Positions 48,201 through 55,955 of a stretch of 64,000 bases of DNA are shown here, piece after piece (position 1 is the first letter of the stretch; each line of letters opens with the position of its first letter). A program made the translations under genes and the position numbers. Source of the stretch: a virus. The stretch is taken from the UHGV virus genome UHGV-0129253. One strand, written 5' to 3'. Under the pieces are notes generated by a model, which saw only the letters and a list, made by a program, of their open reading frames with translations, did no database searches and had not been told where the DNA came from.

Positions 48201-50333
48201 GGCGTGGCCTTCGATGGATCTGCGAACATAAATTTGCCTGGTGTAAACACGGCAGGTAATCAGAATACAACGGGCAACGCGGCTACTGCTACGAAGTTGC
48301 AAACAGCGAGAAACATCAATGGTGTTAAGTTTGATGGCTCAGGCGATATCAACATTAATACACTGGTATCTCGTGGCCGAGTTACGGCGTTAAGCGGCTC
48401 TACTCAAGGCACTGCTGGCATTCAAATGTATGAGGCGTACAACAATAGCTACCCGACCATGTATGGCAACGTATTGCACATGAAAGGTGCGAGTGCTTCT
48501 GGTGAGGGCGAGATGCTTGTTGGCTGGAGCGGAACGGATGGTGCTCATGCACCGGTTTATGTTCGTTCACGCCGTGATACTTCGACAGCGAATTGGTCTG
48601 GTTGGGCGCAGGTCTATACCACTGCTCATAAACCCACAGCGAAAGATGTTGGGGCTGCACAGACGTTTAGCGCGTCATACAGTACTGGGGCTGGCAACTG
48701 GACTACCGCTGAATTTATCGCATGGCTGAAGGAGCGTGGTGCTTTCGCCGTACCGTATTGGATGATGAAAGGCTCTTGGTCATATGCCGACAATAAAATT
48801 ATCACTGATACAGGTGTCGGCAATATTTGTCTTGCTGGTGCGGTTATCGAGGTTTTAGGTCACGAAGGCGCAATGACCATCCGAGTTACTACGCCTACAA
48901 CGACAACCGGAGGTGGTATTGCCAGTGCTCAGTTCACCTATATTAATCACGGTAGCGCGTATGCCCCTGCCTGGCGCAGAGATTACAACACGACTCTCAA
49001 ACCCACTGCGGCTGATGTCGGTGCGTTGCCGAGCGGTGGCGGCACACTTTCCGGCGCACTCACATTATCTATGGCTGCGCCAAGTGTCCAGTTACGAGGG
49101 CAAGGTACGGACACCAGACAGTACATCATGGCTTACAGAACCGATGGCGCTACATCATGGTATGTGGGCAAGGCTAACAACGGCTCCGATAATGCGATGT
49201 TCTGGAACTATACCGGCTCCAACGGAATTGAATTGGCTGCCGATGGCAATGTGCGTATTAATGCGAAGGGTAAACAGTTTACGTTCGCAAACAATGGGAA
49301 CTTAGGTCTTGTTGCTTCGTTAGATCAGAGTTCAGTTCCACAGGGTACTTACCATCAAGTAGCTCTTAACACTGGCACTGTTGGTGGTAAATCGTACCTT
49401 CGAAAATTCCGCGGCGGCAACACAGACACCATTTGGCATGAGACGGTTCAGGGCGGCTTCCTTCGTTGGGCAACCGGCAATGCTGATGAGCAAGAAGAAC
49501 TGTCTATCAGTACTGGCTATGGTGTTCGAGCAAGAGGTGAAATCACTTCCCTTAGCGCCAATGGTCTAAGAGTGGCTTACGGGAATTACGGCTTCTTTAT
49601 TCGCAATGATGGCGGAACAACTTACTTCTTGCTGACTGCTTCTGGCGACAAGTTCGGAAGCTGGAATGCTTTGCGTCCAATGTACATTAACAACGCTTCA
49701 GGCGCGGTTACGATGGGGAACGGGTTGTCGCTTGCCGGTGGCTTAAATGTCACGAGCGGAAATATCCGAATCCCGACGTCGAGTACATCTTGGATCGACA
49801 TGAGAAACAATGCCGCTCTGTCTAACAGTTCTGCGGTTGCCACTTCCTCTGCATCGGCCATTATTCGTCAGGAGCACGCCGATCGTCATTATTTTGTTGG
49901 TGGTTTAGGCAACTCTCAGTTCGGGTTCTACATGATTAACAAGTCACGAACCGCGAACGGCACGGATGCGAACGCATACCTCCAGAATGACGGTACTTGG
50001 GTTTGCGGCGGTAATGGCAGCTTTAATGACGTTTATATCCGTTCTGACCGCCGTAGTAAGCGCAATATTCGCAAGATTGACCGGGCGCTCGACAAGCTGG
50101 AGCAGATCGAAGGTGTTCTCTACGAGATTCAGGTCTGTGGCCGTTATGAGCAGTCTGGTGGCCTCATCGCTCAGGATGTCCAGAATGTTCAACCTGAACT
50201 GGTAACGGTCGACCATAACGATCAGTCAGGAGAGCCTCGTCTGCGTCTTAACTACAACGGCGTTATCGGCATGTTGGTTGAGGCTGTCAAAGAGTTGCGC
50301 GAGGAAGTGCGCGAACTGAAGGCAAAAATGTAA
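45297..50333 (+). CDS. Side tail fibre with Ala/Ser-rich region, tail-fibre repeats and C-terminal S74 intramolecular chaperone domain
   Basis: Repeats GNAATATKLQTAR.I.GV.FDGS; C-terminal SDRRSKRNI...LREEVRELKAKM typical of endosialidase-type chaperone. Confidence 0.8.
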   Translation: MWYREGTITFTQGSNTLVGAGTAWNVTANGVLPGMIVIGPDNKLYEIKRVISDTNIVLSEPYTGETQSEVPCRIITTYEGDLTQFSARFTALMSRMSADSKSMRSWLTALDEVTIEREDGTEVAVKPLMQIVNEHNENVEWYKNNTDAIDAAGDKAREAAASAAAAAESANTAGEKASQASQSASAAASSQSAASASATAAKKSETNAAASQKSAATSASTATTKASEAATSARDASASKEAAKSSETSAASSASSAASSATAAGNSAKAAKTSETNARSSETAAGQSASAAAGSKTAAASSASAASTSAGQASASATAAGKSAESAASSASTATTKAGEATEQASAAARSASAAKTSETNAKASETSAESSKTAAASSASSAASSASSASASKDEATRQASAAKGSATTASTKATEAAGSATAAAQSKSTAESAATRAETAAKRAEDIASAVALEDASTTKKGIVQLSSATNSTSETLAATPKAVKAANDNANSRVPSNRKVNGKALTADITLTPKDIGTLNSVTMSFSGGAGWFKLATVTMPQASSIVYIALIGGAGYNVGSPHQAGISELVLRAGNGNPKGITGALWKRTAVGLTNFAWINTSGDTYDIYVEIGNYATSVNIHWDCTANASVSVYTSPTYSASKPSSVTDGVVYTMYSTHQKPTPLDIGALPTTGGTVSGPLSVTGGLTGSLNGNASTATKLQTARSIGGVVFDGSANINLPGVNTTGNQNTTGNAATATKLQTARTINGVKFDGSADITLTPANLDVYSKSEIDNKKGMRKYTFSAPANAVSGKWYPIVFRRSGGSTDELASRVVITTYSSAGGYAMNNCEFNGFVMPGGWSDRGSYAAGFFSIYSTAERAIHSIISSVKDDDLCSVFYVEARAFPIKIFAEEGLNVIVPTADYAVGQTTYKWGATDPLSESTNAQIILDFKNGRGYYCSHPFISSLSGNAATATKLQTARTIGGVAFDGSANINLPGVNTAGNQNTTGNAATATKLQTARNINGVKFDGSGDININTLVSRGRVTALSGSTQGTAGIQMYEAYNNSYPTMYGNVLHMKGASASGEGEMLVGWSGTDGAHAPVYVRSRRDTSTANWSGWAQVYTTAHKPTAKDVGAAQTFSASYSTGAGNWTTAEFIAWLKERGAFAVPYWMMKGSWSYADNKIITDTGVGNICLAGAVIEVLGHEGAMTIRVTTPTTTTGGGIASAQFTYINHGSAYAPAWRRDYNTTLKPTAADVGALPSGGGTLSGALTLSMAAPSVQLRGQGTDTRQYIMAYRTDGATSWYVGKANNGSDNAMFWNYTGSNGIELAADGNVRINAKGKQFTFANNGNLGLVASLDQSSVPQGTYHQVALNTGTVGGKSYLRKFRGGNTDTIWHETVQGGFLRWATGNADEQEELSISTGYGVRARGEITSLSANGLRVAYGNYGFFIRNDGGTTYFLLTASGDKFGSWNALRPMYINNASGAVTMGNGLSLAGGLNVTSGNIRIPTSSTSWIDMRNNAALSNSSAVATSSASAIIRQEHADRHYFVGGLGNSQFGFYMINKSRTANGTDANAYLQNDGTWVCGGNGSFNDVYIRSDRRSKRNIRKIDRALDKLEQIEGVLYEIQVCGRYEQSGGLIAQDVQNVQPELVTVDHNDQSGEPRLRLNYNGVIGMLVEAVKELREEVRELKAKM
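45760..46650 (+). repeat. Low-complexity Ala/Ser/Thr-rich coding repeat (GC-rich) inside the tail fibre gene
   Basis: Generates long spurious ORFs in other frames and on the minus strand. Confidence 0.6.
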
Positions 50334-50399
50334 TCAAGGTGAATGGTGAGGGGCCACCCTCACCAATTCAGGATATTCACATCAAAAAGGAGATTAGAT

Positions 50400-51182
50400 G
50401 TGCCAATTGTCGGTGTTCCCGGTTGGATTGGGTCTTCGGCTGTCAGTGTGACAGGCCAGAGATGGATGAGTGCGGCTCGAACGGCGGTGCAACTGCCAGC
50501 GGCTGGTTCAATGTCTCAAATGGCCGGGCGATCTAAAGAAGTTCAGTACAGCATCGGTGCGAATCATAACTACAACAAAGACACACTGATCAACTATTTA
50601 AAATCCCAGGGGGCGACGCCAGTCGTTGTTACCATTACAGGGGATCTGGTGTCGTCCAGTAGCGGCGTGCCATGTTTAGATTTCCCGAGTTCACTTACCA
50701 ACTCTTATATCAGCCTTGTAATCAACGCAGGTGTGACTGTCTATGGACGCGGTGGCAATGGTGGTAGTAACGCTGCCGGTGCTGCTGGTGGTAACGCAAT
50801 TAATAATGGCATCGGTACACGCTTGCGTATTACGAATAATGGTGCAATCGCTGGAGGTGGTGGCGGCGGTGGCGGCGGTAACAGGGGTCGACTAGTATTT
50901 GGTGGTGGCGGTGGGTGCCCATTCGGTGCTGGTGGGTCTTCCTCTCATATGAGTTCCGGTGCAACTGCTGGTACTATTTCCACTCCTGGTAAGGGATCTG
51001 TTGGTGAGGGGTCTCTTAGTGCATATACAGGCGGTTCGGGTGGTAATGTCGGTGCTGCTGGAGGAAGATGTAATACTCAAGGTAACGGTACAGAATATAA
51101 CGGCGGAGCAGCTGGTAAAGCTGTTACTGGTAATGCTCCAACTTGGACTAAAGTTGGGGCAATTTACGGCGCTCATGTGTAA
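50400..51182 (+). CDS. Glycine-rich protein, possibly tail fibre-associated
   Basis: GTG 50400 with AAGGAG 7 nt upstream; poly-Gly tracts. Confidence 0.45.
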   Translation: MPIVGVPGWIGSSAVSVTGQRWMSAARTAVQLPAAGSMSQMAGRSKEVQYSIGANHNYNKDTLINYLKSQGATPVVVTITGDLVSSSSGVPCLDFPSSLTNSYISLVINAGVTVYGRGGNGGSNAAGAAGGNAINNGIGTRLRITNNGAIAGGGGGGGGGNRGRLVFGGGGGCPFGAGGSSSHMSSGATAGTISTPGKGSVGEGSLSAYTGGSGGNVGAAGGRCNTQGNGTEYNGGAAGKAVTGNAPTWTKVGAIYGAHV

Positions 51183-51195
51183 GTACTTACCTACC
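51177..51195. promoter_or_regulatory. Late-type palindrome GTAAGTACTTAC
   Basis: Upstream of lysis cassette. Confidence 0.35.
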
Positions 51196-51256
51196 AAGTG
51201 TGGGCGTTTTATGATATAAAACCGCCATCCCGATTTGACTTTTCATGGAGGAAAAC

Positions 51257-51580
51257 ATGTCGAACGAGATGGCGGGCGTTACAACAGAGCAAGTTGAGCG
51301 TATTGCCGCGATCGTTGCTCGGGAGGTTGTTGGCAAATTAGGTAAAGAGCTACGTGAAGAAATTGGCCAGGAGGTCAATGATCAGCTGAAAACCTACTTT
51401 GGTGATATGACCCCGGCGCAACATAGTATTCAACACTCCAATCTGGACAAACTCCTTAACCGGTTAGATTCCATCTCAAGTGGGTTCTTTGGCGGCATTG
51501 TTTCTAAAATAACGTCGTTCATTATTACCGCACTGCTTTTGGGGTTAGCCGCGTATGGCGTAAAAAGTGGACTGCAATAA
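51257..51580 (+). CDS. Putative holin or membrane lysis protein (single C-terminal TM)
   Basis: Hydrophobic FIITALLLGLAAYGV; first gene of lysis cassette. Confidence 0.4.
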   Translation: MSNEMAGVTTEQVERIAAIVAREVVGKLGKELREEIGQEVNDQLKTYFGDMTPAQHSIQHSNLDKLLNRLDSISSGFFGGIVSKITSFIITALLLGLAAYGVKSGLQ

Positions 51581-51593
51581 CAGGAGATCAAGG

Positions 51594-52286
51594 ATGAAAA
51601 CTCCGAGAGGCATTCGTAATAACAACCCTGGCAACCTCGACAAAGGTTCGCCGTGGCAGGGGCTAATCGACAACCCTGCCGAACCGCGCTTTTGCACGTT
51701 TAAAGACCCTGTTTGGGGGATTCGTGCGCTGGCGGTGACTCTAATTACCTACCACGACAAACGTCGCGCAAAAGACGGCTCAAGTATCGATACCATTCGT
51801 GAAGTTATTGAACGTTGGGCACCGCCGAATGAAAACAATACTGACGCCTACATTAATGAGGTGTCTAAAGCCGTTGGTGTAACCGCAGACATGATTATCG
51901 ATCTGCATGATTACGACATTCTTCGACCTTTGGTTGAGGCAATCATTCGCCATGAGAATGGGCGAGGTCCGCTAAAAACGCTGAACACCTGGTATGCGGC
52001 AGAAGTTATTGAGGAAGGTCTGCGTCGAGCTGGCGTTGTTAAGCCGGCGAAAACCGTGAAGGCTGTTCCTGTAACTAAAGAAACCGCAGGCGCAACTGTT
52101 ACAGCAGGTATTGGTCTGGCGCAGCTGGCCGATGTTATGCCGCAGGTTTCCGCTGCTATGGATAAAGCACAAGGTCATATCTCTAGCGGGGATACAGTAC
52201 GCATCATCTTCGGTATTGCCACCATTGTTGTGGCAGGATTCATTGCCTGGTCGCAGGTAAGAAAACACCAGAAAGGGATGGTCTAA
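51594..52286 (+). CDS. Putative endolysin / lysis protein (by position), with C-terminal TM segment
   Basis: 230 aa between holin-like and spanin genes; function not recognised from sequence. Confidence 0.35.
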   Translation: MKTPRGIRNNNPGNLDKGSPWQGLIDNPAEPRFCTFKDPVWGIRALAVTLITYHDKRRAKDGSSIDTIREVIERWAPPNENNTDAYINEVSKAVGVTADMIIDLHDYDILRPLVEAIIRHENGRGPLKTLNTWYAAEVIEEGLRRAGVVKPAKTVKAVPVTKETAGATVTAGIGLAQLADVMPQVSAAMDKAQGHISSGDTVRIIFGIATIVVAGFIAWSQVRKHQKGMV

Positions 52287-52287
52287 T

Positions 52288-52539
52288 ATGCTAGGCAGCC
52301 TGATGACAAAGCTAAAAGTTGCTTTGATTACGCTGGCTGCCGTTCTTTTCGTTCTTGTCGGCGCTTACACGATGGGCGGGAATGCGGCGCGACGAGCAAT
52401 GGAAGAGAAGGCAAAACAGGAAGACAGAAAACGACTTCAAAACACAGTGAAAGTGGTGAATGAGACGAACAGTGAAATACGTCAGAAAGATGCTTCTGCC
52501 ATTCATCGTGAGCTGCATGATAAGTGGATGCGTCATTAA
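52288..52539 (+). CDS. i-spanin (Rz-like): N-terminal TM plus charged coiled coil
   Basis: MLGSLMTKLKVALITLAAVLFVLVGAY then EEKAKQEDRKRLQ. Confidence 0.55.
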   Translation: MLGSLMTKLKVALITLAAVLFVLVGAYTMGGNAARRAMEEKAKQEDRKRLQNTVKVVNETNSEIRQKDASAIHRELHDKWMRH

Positions 52540-52675
52540 GCCACAAACCACTAGCGTGTTGTTCTGCGATGGCGCTGAACCTATTTATATCAGCAATGAC
52601 GATGTAATGACCGAAGAAACCGAACGCCAAATCCTTTTTCACAATACGATGGGAGAGAGAGTTTGCGGTTGGTGA
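52490..52675 (+). CDS. o-spanin (Rz1-like) lipoprotein, +1 frame overlapping the i-spanin 3' end
   Basis: Signal MLLPFIVSCMISGC with lipobox ISGC; overlaps 52490-52539. Confidence 0.55.
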   Translation: MLLPFIVSCMISGCVIKPQTTSVLFCDGAEPIYISNDDVMTEETERQILFHNTMGERVCGW

Positions 52676-52707
52676 TGTCGAAGTTCCCCTCAAATGAGGG
52701 GGACACA

Positions 52708-53229
52708 TTATTCTTCGAACAATTTTTCGATAGATTTTGTTGGATAGAACAAAGAACGATCGTTGTTACCAACCAGCTGGATAAAGCCCAAACTTTTATA
52801 AAACGCCCTGGCTTTATCGTTCAACGCCTCAACGAAAAGCCCATGAATGCCTACCGCAAGAGATGCATTGTACACAACACGCATTGCGTGAGTTACAAGC
52901 ATTGAGCCAAGCCCCTGACCTTGAAGAGATTTGTCCAAAGCCAGTCTGCCTAAAGTGATACTTGGGACATTCCGATAAGGCACTTTCTTTTGCTGACTCT
53001 TTGAAGGTAAGGTTTCTTTCTCAAAGCAGCTGCCTGACAAAGTGTAATAACCTAATACCTTTGGTATTTCTTCTTTAGTGCAAAGCACATAAGCGCGAAG
53101 AATTTTTCCTTCATGCTGTCTTTTTAAGTGGTTGGTCAAAAATGCGTTTAGTGACTCTTCGCCGCAATCAAAACCGTTTAGATCATAATCGTTCTCTCCA
53201 GAGAAAATCTCGATCGTCGTATTGCTCAC
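52708..53229 (-). CDS. GNAT-family toxin (TacT/AtaT/KacT-like type II TA toxin)
   Basis: 173 aa GNAT; paired with upstream DUF1778-type antitoxin. Confidence 0.75.
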   Translation of the reverse strand: MSNTTIEIFSGENDYDLNGFDCGEESLNAFLTNHLKRQHEGKILRAYVLCTKEEIPKVLGYYTLSGSCFEKETLPSKSQQKKVPYRNVPSITLGRLALDKSLQGQGLGSMLVTHAMRVVYNASLAVGIHGLFVEALNDKARAFYKSLGFIQLVGNNDRSLFYPTKSIEKLFEE

Positions 53230-53236
53230 GAGTAAA

Positions 53237-53506
53237 TTACTCCATGCTTTTCAGACGATTGGCAGCTCGTTTCAGCTTGTCGTTCGGTGCCGGAGGATTG
53301 CTTATAGCATCCATAACCAGATTCCAGGACTCTTCACTTAGAACCAGTCTACGGTGTTGCTCTATCACCTTCACGGCACGTTCGGATGCACTGCTAACCA
53401 TGAACTGGGTAATGCTCTGGTTAGACATTGCGGCAGCTTCCTCGATGATGCTTTTATCGTCATCGGTTAATCTCAAATCGATGCGCTGCTTTTTCAGTGC
53501 GGACAT
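53237..53506 (-). CDS. DUF1778 / RHH antitoxin (TacA/AtaR-like)
   Basis: 89 aa, 7 nt upstream of the GNAT gene on the same strand. Confidence 0.75.
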   Translation of the reverse strand: MSALKKQRIDLRLTDDDKSIIEEAAAMSNQSITQFMVSSASERAVKVIEQHRRLVLSEESWNLVMDAISNPPAPNDKLKRAANRLKSME

Positions 53507-53775
53507 GTGTACCCCCTGATGGCCGGTGATGTAGGAAGGCCATCATTGCTCTCTATTTAAACTGAGTTTTCGACTCAAAGGTTATTTAACTGGGCTATAG
53601 CCCATTGCGTATGTGTCATCAAATTGTGTACGGCAATTTACCGTACTCGTAATATAGAGATGATTGTCACTTTTTTCAACAGACAAATGAAAACAGTTAC
53701 TAGCAATAGGCAATAACAACCTACTAAATAACCTTTACACCGCAGCCGTAGGCATTTAGGCTATATCACATATAA

Positions 53776-53791
53776 GAAAACAAGTTGTTTC
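53776..53791. promoter_or_regulatory. Early-type palindrome GAAAACAAGTTGTTTC upstream of the ParA-like gene
   Basis: 35 nt upstream of ATG 53826, followed by GATAAT. Confidence 0.4.
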
Positions 53792-53825
53792 AGACGATAA
53801 TTATATACGCAAAGGGAACTCTCCA

Positions 53826-54494
53826 ATGACCAAGATCTTTGTGGTTGGCGGCACAAAGGGCGGGCCTGGCAAATCCACTGTTGCCCAGCAAATTGCCGTT
53901 TGCCTGAAAGTCAAAAAGAAGAAGAAGGTTTATATCACTGATATAGATATTCAGCGCACGACAACAAGCTGGTGTGAAGACCGTAGACAGAACGAAGACC
54001 TTGAGCTGATTCCTTTTGCATACGTTCAGGATGACATCATTAAGCACCTAAAATCGCTTCAGGGTAGAGCTGAGTTTGTAGTGGTAGATGCTGGTGGCTT
54101 TGACTCCGAAATTCAGCGACAAGCGATGCTGATGGCCGACGTTATCATTATCCCGCTTCGTCCCAAGCGTCGTGATTTGAAATCTCTGCGTGACATTGAT
54201 CCTATTATCGACAATGTTCGTAATGTAAACGATAAAGTGAAGGTCCGCGCGGTCATGAACCAGTGCCCGGCTTTGCCATCACAAGTGTCTCGCATTCTGG
54301 CGGCTAAAGAGATTGTTGAGACGTTTGGCATCGAGTCTGCGCCAGTCAATTTATATAACCGCAACGTCTATGATGATGCGGAAGAGTCTGGTCGTTCTAT
54401 CTTTGAAATGACCGGTAGCGAGCGCGACAAAAAGGCGGAAGCCGAGTTTGAAGAATTTGTAGATTATCTGTTGAGTCTGGAGGAAGAAGAATAA
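53826..54494 (+). CDS. ParA/ParF-type partition ATPase
   Basis: Deviant Walker A GGTKGGPGKST; 222 aa. Confidence 0.8.
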   Translation: MTKIFVVGGTKGGPGKSTVAQQIAVCLKVKKKKKVYITDIDIQRTTTSWCEDRRQNEDLELIPFAYVQDDIIKHLKSLQGRAEFVVVDAGGFDSEIQRQAMLMADVIIIPLRPKRRDLKSLRDIDPIIDNVRNVNDKVKVRAVMNQCPALPSQVSRILAAKEIVETFGIESAPVNLYNRNVYDDAEESGRSIFEMTGSERDKKAEAEFEEFVDYLLSLEEEE

Positions 54495-54853
54495 TGTCCA
54501 TGAAAATGGGTGACCTAGCAAAGCGCAAAGAGCCTGATGCACCGGCCAAGAACACAACTCCTTTGCGCCAACCAGTCAGACCACAGGGACGCCCGACTCG
54601 TGGCAAAGAGAAAATTAAAAGCCGCACAATGTCACTGGAGGACGAATACTTCGAACTGCTGGAAATGATGAAGTTCATCCCTCGTTTCGAGAAGTTCACC
54701 CGTTCTGACGTGATTCGCGCAGCCATTTTCCATCTGGCAGAGAAGTCACCGCAGGAAATCGAGGACATCGTGAAATTGAATGAGGCGATCACCGCTGCCG
54801 ATGTCACGATGCGTACCGATGAAATCAAACGAGAGTTGATGAAGAAAGGTTAA
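54494..54853 (+). CDS. Putative partition partner (ParG/ParB-like, basic N-terminus)
   Basis: 119 aa, start overlapping ParA-like stop. Confidence 0.5.
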   Translation: MSMKMGDLAKRKEPDAPAKNTTPLRQPVRPQGRPTRGKEKIKSRTMSLEDEYFELLEMMKFIPRFEKFTRSDVIRAAIFHLAEKSPQEIEDIVKLNEAITAADVTMRTDEIKRELMKKG

Positions 54854-54858
54854 AAATC

Positions 54859-54889
54859 ATGCATTGGCGCGTACATTGCGCCAATGCAT
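54859..54889. terminator. Perfect palindrome ATGCATTGGCGC-gtacatt-GCGCCAATGCAT between convergent genes
   Basis: 12-bp arms; bidirectional terminator or centromere-like site. Confidence 0.45.
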
Positions 54890-54905
54890 AACTACAGTGT
54901 CAGCT

Positions 54906-55673
54906 TTATGCCGCGCTAACACTATGTTCAGTCCTAACCACCCCAACCTTCACAAAAGGGCTACCGTAGCTTGGTGGCTTCTTGATTAATTTGCCTACAT
55001 ACAGTTTTCTAATATGCTCATCGGCTATTCTGCCAACAAATTCATAACGTTTTGTGTCGGGGCCAAGAGCTATATCCCTTGTAAAGTACTGCTGAGAACC
55101 GGCTTTGACCCAGCATTCAATCTGATAAACTTCCATTATTAGCCCACCATATGTAGCGTAGGCATATTTGAGATTCTCGTCTCTTGGAACCTTTGCCCAT
55201 ACGCCACGCGTAGCTTCATATAATGCCAGAGCGGACATTCCTGACTTGTAGGTGCTGTTTAGCAGGAAGGCAAGACCGGCGTGCTCAGGAGCAATTTCAG
55301 TTTCCTCTTGCAGCACTAAGTGATGGTAGGCGTCCAGTGATATTCTGCCCATCATGGAACCACTTCCTCGTACCTTATTCGTAAGCTCTCCGACCCCCAT
55401 AAGGTCGATGCATGTCGCCTCAACAAGTTTGGCTGTGGTTTCATCCATACCATGACGAAGAATATCTATGCCTAATTTTTTATTAGCCAAAAGTTCTTTG
55501 ATCCGCATGGATTTGGGAGAGTCATCGGGATACTTGATGTGATCGAGACAACGAGTCGATTTGCCTTTTCCTATGTAAAACGGTCTTTTCATCTTGTCTT
55601 CTGTATCATAGAGGCAGTAAACATAGTATTTAGCCTTATCCAATGATCTCGCGTATACCGATAAATCGTCCAT
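54906..55673 (-). CDS. GIY-YIG nuclease-domain protein
   Basis: N-terminal YYVYCLYD...RPFYIGKGKSTR motif; 255 aa. Confidence 0.6.
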   Translation of the reverse strand: MDDLSVYARSLDKAKYYVYCLYDTEDKMKRPFYIGKGKSTRCLDHIKYPDDSPKSMRIKELLANKKLGIDILRHGMDETTAKLVEATCIDLMGVGELTNKVRGSGSMMGRISLDAYHHLVLQEETEIAPEHAGLAFLLNSTYKSGMSALALYEATRGVWAKVPRDENLKYAYATYGGLIMEVYQIECWVKAGSQQYFTRDIALGPDTKRYEFVGRIADEHIRKLYVGKLIKKPPSYGSPFVKVGVVRTEHSVSAA

Positions 55674-55784
55674 TATTGCATCTCTTTGCTACTGACTAAT
55701 GCGTTCTATTTTACACATAAGTTTTTAATCAATTTAACAGGCTCAAAGTGTAGAGCTTCTGGGCGTCTAAGACGACAAGTTATG

Positions 55785-55839
55785 CCTGCTTCTGTATATA
55801 TAAATAATAAGTAACTTATTAAATATATACGGAAGCAGG
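55785..55839. repeat. 55-bp AT-rich long hairpin, copy 2 (identical to 22756-22810)
   Basis: Exact repeat read directly. Confidence 0.6.
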
Positions 55840-55922
55840 TCTTTTAAAAGACACCACCAGAACAACTCCCTTCCGTTTCCACTTCCAAAAACTGCCACCA
55901 GTCGCTATCATCCGCTCATCGT

Positions 55923-55944
55923 GATAAGTAAGTAACTACCTACC
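55923..55944. promoter_or_regulatory. Late-type motif GATAAGTAAGTAACTACCTACC
   Basis: Upstream of gene 55956. Confidence 0.35.
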
Positions 55945-55955
55945 AGGTGAGCCAC

